A stretch of 64,000 nt of DNA from Cyanophora paradoxa CCMP329 (lineage: Eukaryota; Plantae; Glaucophyta): the NCBI GenBank assembly GCA_004431415.1, contig QPMI01000395.1, positions 558,001-622,000 of the forward strand, given 5' to 3'. This document shows, in pieces, positions 1 through 12,500 of this stretch. The notes beneath the pieces are model-generated. The model ran no database searches and was not told the origin of the DNA. It was given only the letters and a program-made list of their open reading frames with translations. Each line of letters begins with the position of its first letter. The first letter of the stretch is position 1. The position numbers were made by a program, and so were the translations under genes.

Positions 1-3000
1 GCCTGAAGACCTCTCCAGAGTGGAGAAAGCGGGTCTTCGGAGTAGTCGAGGCGTCGCTCGTTACATTCAATCACCGCTAGTTTGTACTCGTCGAGTAATA
101 CACCGTGGAGCTCGAAGGGCTTCCGGGGAACGTCCAAGGTCCCCTGTTCCGGGGGCGTCTGTGTCCGGTCAAGGTACCGGTCGACGGTAGCCAGCCAGCT
201 GTTGGGGCTATTCGCGAAGTGGCCTCCGAAGGGCAGGTTGAGCACGCGCGTGATGTACTCCACCATTTCGACTCCCATTGTGAAGTAGAAGTCTGGGCTT
301 GTCGGCCACAGCAGCCTATTTGGCTTTGCCGAGAACGGATCCGAACAGCGAAGCCAAGGGCTGCGCCATGAGTGATGCCGTTCCAACTCCCGAGGCTTCG
401 AGTGGAAGTAGATGCGTGCTCCAGCCGCTGCAATGTGAATTGCGTTGGCCAGGGCTGTCACCCGCATCTCGAGGGCGATGTCTCGATCGAGCGCTGGAGG
501 TGTCGCCGTGGGGTAAGGCGCGAATTCGTCGTCGAAGGGCGGCGGCAGGTGCGACTCGAGGGTTAAGCGTTCCAGTGCCGTCATGCGGACCGTCAGCGCG
601 TCGGCGAGAGTGGGGAAAGGCGCATAGTAGTCCCCGTGCGGTTCGAAGTAAGTAGGGAATTGTGCCCGCATGCTTCGGCCGTACGAGATCATGACGTCGA
701 AGAGCCAAGGCAATATTCCTTGCCGTGAAGTCGTCAGGGTTATTGCTTGTTGTGCATCAAGGCCCAGCAGCTCGAGGACAGATGCGTGACGCAGCGTCTC
801 TTCCAAGCTATCCGTAGTGTCGGCTGTGCCCGCAATTCTCATGATCGCATAAGCGACAGCGCGGAGATGGGCGGTATGTTTGAGCAAAATCGCTGATTGC
901 TCCTCGACATCGACGTACGTGACGAGTCTGTCGAGGACGTGCCGGTTAGCCGGGTTCAGCTCCGTGAGTCCGTCAGGCAGCGTGGAAATGTTTGTGAGGT
1001 AGAGGCCGGTCTTGGACGGGTCCGTACTTGCATTCCATGGCGTGTACTTGCGATAGGTTGCAAACAGGTTGGGATTGTCGACCGCAGCCGCTGCCTCTGC
1101 GTAGCCGGGCATTGTGCTTGGTATGACCCCACAGTCTCCGAGGCGCTGTGAAACTGCAGCAGTGACCTCGCCCAAGTGTGTGGTTCTCACGATTGCGCCG
1201 GTCTCCGGCGGGACTGGAAGTGGCGGTTCAGGTTCCGGAATCGGGACGGGAATGGCGCCGACTTGGATGTAACGCTGGGGATCCTCAGTGACAGTAGGGT
1301 AAGTCCGGGAAATGTGAATTGGTCCCGAGCCATCTTCCTCTGCCGTTGGCTCCTCCTCGTTCCAGGATCGCCAGTATTCACGTGCATATATCCACGCGCG
1401 CGAGTGTGGGCGAGCCCACAGTCGGGGACGGCAATCCCCTGGGCATTCAATCCAGTCGGGTCCTGGAGGGCTTTCGGACTCAACGATGAAGTCATCCGGC
1501 CTTGCCGTAGGGCTGTGATCGGCGGGGTTTGTCATGCTGGGCGTGTCCGTGGGCTCAACGTTCGACCTGTCTACCTCGCCGGCCGTGGCCGGGGCGGTAG
1601 TTGCGGGGTCGTGGTCGATTCGTTGTCAGTTGGCAGTGTCAAAGTCTGCTCCCTGACAGTTATGGTCATGTCCGGAGTCGCTTGCTCTGAAGCTATAACG
1701 CCGGGTTGAGCCACGCCAGCCGTGGCCGGGGCGGCTTCCAGGGGCGTCGTAAGGGTCGGAGATGCAGGGCTCGGGTTGATTGTTACGTTGGTAGCATTCG
1801 TCTCAGTTTGCGGCGCGCCGGCCGTGGCCGGGGCGACGGTAATGAGACTGGAGGGATTCGTAGTGCCATAACCAAGGGCCACGCTGTCGCTGGGGCTGAG
1901 GACACCACTCCCGGGATCGTCCAGGCTTGGGGGTCGGCCGAGGTCGCCCTGAACGGGGGTGAAGGTGTCCGTTCCGGGGTCTCAGATGACGACGTCGGTG
2001 GTGTATCTTCCATCTTGTTCGCGATGGTCTGTACCCGGACTTGTCGTGGCTTGTATTTCCGCGTAGCGCTCGAGGCGGTCCTGTTCGCTTCGCGTCCCCG
2101 TGCTCGAGCGTAACCAGTAAGCGCCGCCGCCATGTAAGGACCTTTGCCCTCACCCAAGGCGTAATCGGCGTCGTACGCCGTGTTCACGCTCGCCGTCAGA
2201 TCCACGCATCCAGGCGCCGTTCGGGTTTGGTTCCAGCTGGTCGTTGAGGCGCTCGGCTCGGGCGTCGTTCCCGCTCGTACATAAGATCGATAAAGTTACG
2301 CTTGTCGTCGTCAGTCGGGTATGTCCATGAGGGGGCCAGGTTGTACTGGTCTCCAGCTGGGCTGCAATGAAGTCATATGACTCAGGGATGATCTTCATGG
2401 CTTCCTTATACTTCCGCTGCTCGTCCGGGTCGTAAATTCGGCGCAAGATGGCTGTGACTCGGATTGGATTGAAATACTCGTAGGCGGATCCGTGCTCGCC
2501 GATGCCGAAGTAAGGAATGGTGCAGCCACGGCTGTCTACCACTCCGGCCTCGTGAGACTGGTACGAGATGATCGTCGTTGGCTTCAACAGCCGCGGGGAT
2601 TGCGAGCTTCCTCAGGCCAGTGCTGCTGTGGTTGCGTCGTGAGGCTGACCAATGGGCCGTGAGCCGGTGTCGGGGTGCGCTGCGCGTGTCCCCGGTCCTG
2701 GTTGGAGTTCGAGTTGCCGTGCGTAGGGTCCCGTAGTTGAACCGCTGGTTGGGTCGCGTGCTGGACCATTCTGTGTTGGCGTGGACTCTGTACGCACGTA
2801 CGTCGAACGGCTCCATGTTAAGGTTGATGAAGCGGTCGTAAACATTGGCATAGCCATGCTTGCAGGCGAGCTGGCTCTCGGGCCACCAAGCGAGCGCTTC
2901 CATGATGATTGCATTGAACGTCTCCTCGGCTCGAGTTGTTACTCTCCGGTCCAAGGGGCCGTCCGGGCCCACAGGCGTCGGATGGGGTACAAGCCTGTCA

Positions 3001-6000
3001 CCTCGGCGTCTGGGTAGTTGCAATAAGACACGAGTGGGTACTTGCCACACGTCCCACAGTTCATAGTCATCTCGACGCGAGTGCTGGTGAACTGTCCGTC
3101 GGGGTTGTAAAGGTGCCGTCGGTAAAATAACATGTTCAGCTGTTGGCAGTGGTGGTGACATGTGGCTGCGTGCCCTTGTGATGGCGCCGTTCGGGCGACT
3201 GGCGTTGCCGGGCATGGTCCGGGAAAGCCAACCGCCTCGCAGCGGATGTAGATTTGCTGGGCGCCAGGGCTCACAAAGACGCTGTTCACCGTCTGTTTGG
3301 TAAAGAAGCTATCGCCTCCAAACATGTTATAGTCACCATTGCTTCCGGCCCGGAATCGCTGCCGCAGGATGCTGACAGCGTCCGTGGTCAGGCATTTAGC
3401 TTGGCTTCGCATGTAGCTCATGGAAGGTTTCGCGTTGCGACTCCGGTTCCGAGTTGCGAGCATCCATTTGACAGAGGAGTTCGTCGGCTCTGGCACGAGC
3501 GAGTTCCGTGGGTACGTTTCCAGATAAGCGTCAAGAACTGCTTGAGCTATCGTGGGGTACGTCGTGGGGGGCATCATGGTGACGATCCATGTGAGTGCCG
3601 CCGTTGGGCTGCAGTTGTAGAGTTCCCAAAGATCAACGTTTTCTCGCCGTGTGCGATTATGTACTGATTCGGCCCATCCTCGTATCAGTGATACTTGTTC
3701 TGAAGTCCATTGGGTACCGCGGTCCAATGGCATTTCAAGTGATGTCGGAGGAGGCTGGGCTACCCCGTCAGCTATTGCTGGTGTGGGTGTCGAGTGTGGT
3801 GGAGGCGGGACATGTACTGCGCCGGCCGTGGTCGGGGCAGGTACTGAGTCTCGCGCAGTAGGGACGGTGATCGCGCCGGCCGTGGCCGGGCGGGTGTAAT
3901 ATCTCGTGTCGTAGGAACTGGTACTGCGCCGGCCGTGGCCGGGCAAGTGTTCGTTCCAAGTTGTAGTTGTCGGATGGTCGGTCCCGCCGTGTCCAATTCA
4001 CGGCCTGCTGCCATGCACCAGTGTTGATTGCATTGGCCGTCCGCTTCGCCCACTCATTGAGCAGTATGAGGTCAGCGGAGGTTGTGCGCCTGAGGATTGT
4101 AGCCCGGATAGCTGTCGTCAAATTAAGTCGATCTGTCAAGTCTGGGGGTTGCTGGACTGGATGTTCAGCTAACGTATCCCAGTGTTCGTGATCACGGTCA
4201 CCACTGAGGGGTCGAGCGTCCGGTACGCAAGGTCGATCCATGTCAGTTCCCGCAACTGGGTTGCCGTTCCAGAATGCTTGCACTGCCGTGCGTTTAAGTA
4301 GTGTGATGTACTGAGGTCGGCCCGCGGCTGCGTTGGCTGGGTGGGCCTGGCCCAAGCTGCGAAGTGAATCCACAAGCGTCGTGAGATGCAAGTGGAGTGC
4401 ACGGTCCGCCGGTCCGTTCGAAGGCTGCCGACTCTGACCGTGAATCTCGCGCGGTTCCAGTGCTCCGGCTGCCGACTGCTGGATTGTTATCGGCTTGCAC
4501 CGGTCACAGCACTCGTGAATGAAAGTTGTCTCGCCGCCAACGTCACCGTGAGGCTCGTACTGAACCACGTCTGGGAATGTGGAAAGGTCGCTCTCCCCAG
4601 CCGTTTCCGCTAACGGTGGTGTTGGCGTTGAGGTGCAGCTAATTTGTTGACGTTGTAGTCAAGAGCGTGGTGAAAGATGGGCCGTACATGTTCGTGAGGG
4701 ATAGGGTACCGATGAAGCATCGTTACGTCATCGACGTCGGTACTGCCGTTCTGCAGTGCCTGCTCTCTTGCACCCGCTGCTGTCGCACACAGTCCCGCAC
4801 CCTTGTGTCCGAAGAGTATGGTAATGTGCTTCAGTTGGGGGCAATAGAGGACAGCGTCGATGAACGCCTGTCGGAAGTCGCAGCCAGGGAAGCCATGTGT
4901 GAACCATGCACTTCCGGGCACTTCGCGAAAGTAGACGGGGTTTGCGAGGCGTCGTCTGTGCATGTAGCCCAGTACTTCTCGTAGGTACGTCGTGAGCGGC
5001 CCTACGTACTCAGCGATACATTCGGCCGGCTCCACGATCGGGTTCACCGTAGGCGAGATGACCGGTGTTGCGTGCTCCACTACCGGCTTCTGCGCCGTCG
5101 AGGCAACGGGTGGCTGGCCGTCATGAGCCTTTGCCGTCGAGACGTTTGTGGTCTTGCCCCCTTTGCTGGTAAGTGCCGCCTTCGTTGCCGCGATCTCGAG
5201 ACCGAGGTTGGCGGCCCGCGCCGTAACGTCCTGCAGCGTCTTTACCAGAGGCCCTTGGAGGTGTTCAGCGCACGTGTCCGTGTTCCAGCAGGTCTTTGTC
5301 GCGTTCTTGTCGACTTCGATCCGCCGTACTGGGATTGCCGCGGCTTGTGTAATTGCAGAGATACGTTCCCGAATGAAGCCAAATTTGGTTGTATACTTGT
5401 TGCTCTTGGGGCGGGTTGGGTGGCAGCTCGCGCTCCAAGGTTGGCCATTTTAGCCAGTGCTCTGTTGACCTTGTCGAGGACGGTCGATGTCACTGCCGAC
5501 ACTCGTACTTCTTCTCGCTGCAAGTCGTATAGAGCTTGTGTTACGTTAACAGGTCTGGGCTGGAAGTGTGGTTTAGTAGCCCGCGTTCTAGCTTCTTGCA
5601 CCAGTTCTGCGATTTGCTGTTCCGTAGGCGTGGAGGTAGGTGCTGGCGCCGACGTCGTGGTCGGGGCTGGCACTTCTCCCATTGGAACTGGCTGTGCGAC
5701 GTGTACCGGCACAGTTTGCAAGACTGGTGTCTCCACTGGGTTCGTCGGCGCCGGCATCGTGGCCGGGGCCTGCGTTGCAGTGGTTGGCACTGTCGGCGTG
5801 TGTAATGAAGCCGTAGTTCCAGGTGGGCCCACGGGCGCCGGCGTCGTGGCCGGGGTCTGTGGTACACCTGTTGTGAGGGGCGTAGTGGTGTCAGACGGGC
5901 ACGTAGGCGCCGGCGTCGTGGCCGGGGTCTTTGGTGCGTCCGTCGTCGTTGTAGGATTGTCATTGGCAGTGATGCCGAGGGGGGGCGCGATGAAGGTCCT

Positions 6001-7878
6001 CCACCACCGCCGCGACCGCCGCCTCGTCCGCCGCCTCGTCCGCCACCTCGTCCACCGCGGCCACCACGGTCACCGCGACCCAGGGGTAGGTGTCCTTATT
6101 ACCGCCTCCTGCGCCGCCACCGCCGTCACGGTTGCCGTTCCGGGGGCAGTTTGCTTGGAGGTGTTCAGTTGAGTTACAAAGTCGGCACTTCTTGGGTTGA
6201 GTGCATTCCGATTGGCGATGTCCGTAACCTTGACAGTTAAAGCATTGGAGGTTCGACGTCGGGTTAGCCGCTGCATTTTGCGTGGGCTGCGTCGGCGCCG
6301 TCTGTCCGTTTGAGCCAGTGGGAATCTTGCAGGTTTCTGCCGCCATTCGTACAATTGGGTTGTTGTCGCCGCTCTGGATCATCTCCAGTAGCTTATACCG
6401 GTAGTCATGCCGTGGGCATTCCAGGTAATCGTCAGCGTAATGGTGGCGTTCGGCCGGCGGTAAATTGTCAGGGCACCGCCAGCAGTAGAAGTCGTGGTTG
6501 GTACCGCGGTGTTTAGGCTTCTCTGCTCGGTGGTAACCTTCCCGTTGTTTAATTGCAGTAATCTTCTCAACGCGCGGGTAATTGTAATTGGGTTTCCCCG
6601 TCTGCTTCTTGTCGTTGGCCGGTGCAGGTATAGCTGCCGTGTATGCCGAGTTCGGGTTCGGTTGTCCGGAGCTTGGATGAGTGTAAACCGCGGACGCCCC
6701 GAGGGGTGCCCGGCTTGAACTCTTCCTACGCTTCGAATGTCCCGAGCTGGAGTCAGAGCCGTCAGAGTCGTCTGAGCTCTGCGATTGCCGTCGTGCACGT
6801 TGCTCCCGTCGTTGTTCCCGGCGCTGTTCCCGCTCGACTCGAGAGATCTTCTTGGAAGACTTAGCCTCCCCAGTCGATGCCGAGCGGACCTCGACGAAGA
6901 GGCCAGGTGGTATAGCGGCGAAGGCGTCGGTCATGAAAGAAGCAAGCTTCATTTCCCTGAAGTCTGCTGAAGCGTCGTCCTCGGTTCGTGTTCGAGGGCG
7001 ATCCGCTTCAATTCAGGTATCTTGTCGCGGGCGTTCAGGAAGTTACGGTACCGGTTGTGACCCTCCTGGGTGTTCATGTTGGTGTAAGATCCCCACTGTG
7101 CCCAGCGCGTCGGTTGATCTGGCTCTCCAGCGTCTTCACAATGTCGATGGGCTTCATCTTCTGTCCGTCTGGGAGGAGGGTCGAGGATGGGAGTAAGTCG
7201 TGTACGGCCTTCAGCGCGTCGGGTAAAGGACTGCCGTCGTAAGGTGACTTGAGGCGCGTGTCCAAGGCCTCACTCTCCTCGGGGCTAATCTTGCTGATGA
7301 GGAATCGCATGTATGAGGGGAGGCCCTTGATCGTGCCGGGTTGATCGAGCGCGGCTTCAGCGCTCTCAAGTTCGGCGTTGGCCTTCTTAAGGCGTTCCAG
7401 TAACCGCTGCCCGTTGAAGCTCTGCCTCTCCGTCTTGCTCATGGCCAAGATGCGCTTGCCGAGCTCCTGGCATCTCTCGTCGGCCGCCTCCTTGGCGTTG
7501 ACCTTGACAGCGGTGCCTTGCACAAGGGTCGATACGATGGACCTGAGGCCTGCCGACAGGGCTTGCAGTAGAACAAGGAGGAGGGCGAGGCTCTTCTGAG
7601 AGCCGTCGTTCTCGGTCGAGTACTTCTTGGGGTCCGATGCAGCAATGGCGCGGCCGTCGTTGATATGAGTAATGACGCCCTCAGGTTTGAGGGCTGGCCG
7701 GGGCTGGTGGCGATGAGCCCTCCGCAATCTTCACGCGCGTCGGGGGCTCTGCGTCGACTCCGCCGCGTAGCTGCGAGGACTCCGCACGGTTGGTCGCCGC
7801 AATCTCAGCCGAGTCGCCGTACGCGTGCGTCGGCACCGGGTTCCGGATGCGGGAGCCGCCATGCTCGTCGCGGTTCAT
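1..7878 (-). CDS. Gag-like polyprotein, apparently one long ORF (~2,600 codons, open to the window edge) broken by many 1-nt frameshifts
   Basis: CFNCQGYGHRQSEC-x5-CRLCNSTEHLQANC at 6146-6244, then an RGG-rich tract and PATTPAP/APATAG repeats. ORF-track fragments (7074-7727, 5960-6952, 5242-5832, 4610-5080, 3768-4568, 2939-3946 and others) can be joined; several joins need one extra G in a G run (e.g. gccgtggccggg at ~3880 and ~3935 versus gccgtggccgggg elsewhere). An unlisted minus-strand frame is open from ~900 to base 1. Confidence 0.6.
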
Positions 7879-7930
7879 GTTGACGTTGATGGTCTCTGAG
7901 TGATTTCGAAGACCGTCGGTGAACGGAGCG

Positions 7931-8586
7931 CAGCCGCTGCGTGAGCGGGTGTGATCTGAAGTAAGATGTACGGTGGTGATGGTCCTGAGAGCTGAGGTGC
8001 TCCGTAGACCGGCGACGAAGTCGAGGATGATCTTCTGAGCGGGTGCTCTGAAGATCGACGACGCACAGATCTCAGCCGCTACGTGAGCGGGTGTGATCTG
8101 TAAAAATAGATGACGGGTGGATGATCTTCTGAGCTGAGGTGCTCTGAAGATCGACGACGCACAGATCTCAGCCGCTACGTGAGCGGGTGTGATCTGTAAA
8201 AATAGATGACGGGGTTGATGATCTTCTGAGCTGAGGTGCTCTGAAGATCGACGACGCACAGATCTCAGCCGCTACGTGAGCGGGTGCGATCCGTACAAGT
8301 TGACGAGGGGGTTGACGGTGGCCTTCTGAGCGGGGTGCTCGGAAGATCGACGTACAGATTTCAGCCGCTACGTGAGCGGGTGCGATCCGTACAAGTTGAC
8401 GACGGGGTTGACGGTGATCTTCTGAGCGGGGTGCTCTGAAGATCGACGTACAGATTTCAGCCGCTACGTGAGCGGGTGCGATCCGTACAAGTTGACGACG
8501 GGGTTGACGGTGACCTTCTGAGCGGGGTGCTCTGAAGATCGACGTACAGATTTCAGCCGCTACGTGAGCGGGTGCGATCCGTACAG
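7931..8586. repeat. ~96-bp tandem repeat array (6 units plus a diverged partial unit) upstream of gag
   Basis: The core gccgctacgtgagcggg recurs at 8075, 8171, 8268, 8364, 8460 and 8556 (spacing 96-97), with a variant at ~7934. Confidence 0.92.
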
Positions 8587-9521
8587 GTTGCTCGTTTACG
8601 TCCTGCGTGTCACGTACGCGGCGTATGCCGGTGTGTCCGTAACGTACTGCGTCGCGATCGCGGCCGCCGTGTGGCCGACTACGAGGGCGAGGGCAGTCGA
8701 GCAGTCACTGCGTGTCGTTGGCCGAGCTGCTGACAGTGTTGTCAACAGCTGCGGAGCTCTCAGCGCGCGTGCACGAGCACGACGATCGCGACGAGAGTAC
8801 GACACGACAGCGACAGCAACGTGCAGTGCAGATCGCGCACCGATACACGTTGCCCTTTAGGCGTAACGAGCCGCAAGTCACGGGTCGCTACACGTAAAGG
8901 TCGAGTGATTTCGCCTCACTCTCTCCTGCACTGGGGCAGCGAGCCGCAAGACACGGGTCACTGCCTGCAGCGAGTGTTCGTTCCCGCACGTGTCCTGCGT
9001 AGAGCAAGGCACGCCGCGCGACAAGTTTGGCGAAGGACAAGGAAGTCAGCTCCGTCAGTTAGGTCGTGCTCCGGCCGGTCGGCGCGTCCAGCGGGCACGC
9101 GGTCGTGTAGTCTAGCACGTCCGTCGAGGATGACGCACTCTCCTCCCGCGGGTTCACGCCAGGTGGCGGCGGGTCGTTGTCGAACCGCCGTCAGGCCAGC
9201 GATCGTCCCGGCGAGGGTCAAATAGGCTTAGTTAGTGTCCCAATGTGATCCCAGCCCCATGCCTAGGCAGCAGGCGCGCAGGCGTAGCACGAACGGGTCG
9301 CAGCTGGGCTTCTTACAGGACTGAGGGGGTATCGAACAACGTAGGGGGGGGGTACAGAATCTGTCTACGAACCGGCAACGCCGGAGGAGTCCTAGGTACT
9401 GCGGAGGTACCGGCAAGTCTATGAGCTATTGAGAAGTGCTACAGCCTCAGCCCGCGCACTAGCACTATACTACAGAGTGGCTCGAAGGCCTGAATGCAAG
9501 CTAAACTACAGTGGCAACACA

Positions 9522-12500
9522 CTCTATATATATATGTAATTATCTTATAAGCGGGCACTACATCTCATTACCTTGCAAGCGGTCGCTATATACATCTCAT
9601 TAGATTATCATAAGCTTAAGGGGGCGCACAGGAGGTCCAGGTGGTCGAGGGCGGCCTTCATGAGGTCCATTGACTCGCTTAAGCTTCGAAGCTATATTAT
9701 ATCACTATGTCATTATCTTATAAGCGGGCACTACATCGATTATCTTATATATAAGGGGGCGCACAGGAGGTCCAGGAGGTCGAGGGAGGTTCTCATGAAC
9801 CGCCACGTGCACACGCGCCTCGACCGCGAGCTCGAGGCTTCGACGTCGACGAGGAGGAGGCGCGCCGCGCGGAACAGGTGGCAGCCGACGTCCAGGCCCG
9901 CCACCGCCCCGCCCGACCGCGTCTGACCCGTAATTAACAGCGAGTTAAGTTCATCGAAGCGAGAACATCGAGGCGACATCGATCGCGAGTACACGGGCCG
10001 GGGGCCGGCGGCGATCGCGAGGTATTAAACCAAATTATCGAGCAAATTAAAGGTACCGCGAGTTATGCCATATAAAGACGCAGCCCGCGCCTAATATTGA
10101 TACATTAAACAAACGTCGCGTCTCTCGATTTTTAAATGATAGACGGTAATTAAGGAGGTCGCGGCCGTGGACTCACAGTGAATGATCTGCGGTACGCCGC
10201 CTGATCCCCGTTGAAGAATTCAGCGACGGCGTAGCACTCGATGTAATAGGTCGATTTCCCTTTCTGCGTTTGCGCGCGGGGCCCGGCCCACACCGGCCAC
10301 GGGTCAGTCGGGGTTTTATATAGTTCGAGAAATCAGAGAGGTAGTTCCGAAGTTCTAGTGCGGAGAGTGTAAGCTGTAAGCTTAAGCTGTAAGTGCGCAC
10401 CCGCTCTGCCAGCACTTCCCCCGCGGCCGCACGGGCGGGGACCGTACATGTGCGCTCTGATCCCGAGCTGCGCTTCGATGTGAGGCGAGCGGAGAGCCGC
10501 CCACGCGGGAGAAGCGGGCGCACCGCTGCTGCCCGCAACTGGCGCCGGTCGAGGCTGCGCCGCTGACCGCCGGGGCCGCTCCGGGTGCGGGGGCCGCGCT
10601 CGGGCCCGAGCTCGAAGCGGGCCCGGCCGGTCCGAGCGGCTGGCGTGCCGAATCCGGGGGACTGGCCGCGGCCCCGGCCCCGGCAGCTGCTGCCGGCGCC
10701 TCGCCCCTCTGAGGCGGTAGCGAGGTCCCCGCCTCCCTAAACAAGTTCAGATCAGATCAGATCTGAGGCGACGAAGCGAAAGGCTTGGAGATCGCGGTCC
10801 GCGGGCGCACCCGTTCGAAGCCCGCGCGCCGCCCTCCGCGGCCGCCGCGACGCTCGTGCGCATGCTGAGGACGCTCTGCCGGGCTTGAGATCGTGCGGCT
10901 GCCTGCGCCTGCCTTCGCGCCGCGTTCTTCTCCACCGCACTGCACAAGGAGAACATTCGTGATCAGCGAAATTCCTCAGAAACGTTTGCGGTGCAGGCGT
11001 CCGATGGGGCTGGGGCGAGGAGTGCACGCACTCTGCGATCTTCTCGCGGTTCCTCTCGTACAAGGCCTTGAGATCGGCCAGGCCGCCGGGGTGGTAGGTC
11101 CGGAGGCGCGGGACGACGAACTGGTTCACGTACATAATGTACAGCGACTCGATCGCTGAAGAAGTCGGTTTGCTCAGCAGGCTGACGGCCAGATCGGGGT
11201 CTGTCGCGAGGTTGTATCTGCAAGCGGAGGAAGCGTGGTAAAGGGAGGGCCGACGGCGGGATGATTTAGTTCGCTTCGAAAAGAATGCGAGATTTAGATC
11301 TTGAGACGTCGACGGCCAGTAGCTGGTGCCGGGCCGGGGCGCGCGCACATCAGATCCGTCTTCTCGATGATGGATTTTCCGTAATGGGACAAATGCTTTG
11401 TCTTGAGTTCCTCGACCAACGGGCGCACAGCACGGAACACGGTGCGGGGAATTTGCACGGTCACTACCCCCTGTTCCCGATTCGAACAATCAGCGATGAT
11501 CTCACGACAGATTGGCGACGTCGACGATTATCTCCAATTCGATGAAAATTAAATGTTAGAGTGCACATTATTTCGAACCGAATGCGTGGGCGCTGCAATG
11601 AATGCGACAGAGGCGGCCATTGCATTGTAGGCAAGCGCCACATGCATGAACTAGATCTAGAGCCTATCCGTGTCTCATTATGCATGATCTAGATCTAGAT
11701 CAATCATTGTAAGCAAGCGCTATATGCATCATCTAGATCTAGATCTAGATCTAGATCAATACTCGTGCGCCTCGTGTCCCGTCATCAAGAATCAAAATCG
11801 TTGTGTGGAGGCTAGCTAGAAGCTTTAGGTGATGAAGATCACACTTCAAATGATCATGAATACATATATGTGAAGGTATAAATTGAAAGGCTCGGCCGAA
11901 TATCGCATCACATCATATCACATGCACCGCACTCACCTCGTACGATGCGCGGAACGCCGCCTCATCCCCGTTGAAGAACAAAGCGGTGCCATAAAGGTAG
12001 ATCTGATCGTGCTTTGGTGGCTGCGCGCTGGGCCCGTCACGGCGTGCCCGTCAAGGCGTGCCCATATATATGCCGTGCAGGGCCCGTCATGGCAGGGCTA
12101 TGTGCAACGTGGTCTTAAGCTCGCAATCGACGAGTCCAAGAGCACTAGGGCGGATTCCTATACCCGGAAGGGCGGAGGATGCACGATTGAGCGCGCCTTT
12201 TTGAGGGGGCCGTCCGGCCTCGCCAAATTCGAAGGCGCCGATCCGGCCGCGGGGCCTACGCCTGCGACAGGGCTCGCGGTTGATCGCGAGCTTGACGCGG
12301 CGTCGGCCCGACGGTAATTATAACGGATCCAAGTTCGCGATTGCCAAAAAAAGCGATTCGGACCTTGGACGTCGTCGGCGCCACCCGAGCCCGCCCCCGT
12401 ATCCGTCCCGCGGCCGCCCTCGTTGTCCGAGCCCGACGACGAATTCTCCGCAGCCGTCTCCCTAGAGGCAACGCAAGCAGAGATCGGATCAGAGGTGATA

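Larger units (their letters stand above)
1..9521 (-). mobile_element. Retroelement, 5' part (gag-like polyprotein, 5' tandem array). Class unresolved (LTR or DIRS/PAT-like); it runs off the left edge of the window.
   Basis: Intronless and compositionally distinct from the flanking host genes. It encodes two CCHC zinc knuckles. Sequence matching the host paralogue's intron (18.9 kb) resumes abruptly at ~9522, next to a TA run. No RT, RNase H, integrase or tyrosine recombinase is recognisable inside the window. Confidence 0.75.

Noticed and set aside
5072-6172. 366-aa plus-strand ORF as an antisense gene of the element
   Set aside because: It is the mirror of the Pro/Thr-rich minus-strand frame (Val/Gly-rich) with no independent evidence.
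7931-8586. CRISPR-like array
   Set aside because: Units repeat along their whole length with no unique spacers, there are no cas genes, and the context is eukaryotic.
9225-9260. LTR end plus primer-binding site (CA-T-TGGGACAC on the minus strand)
   Set aside because: I cannot match it to a tRNA 3' end, and the second LTR is not in the window.
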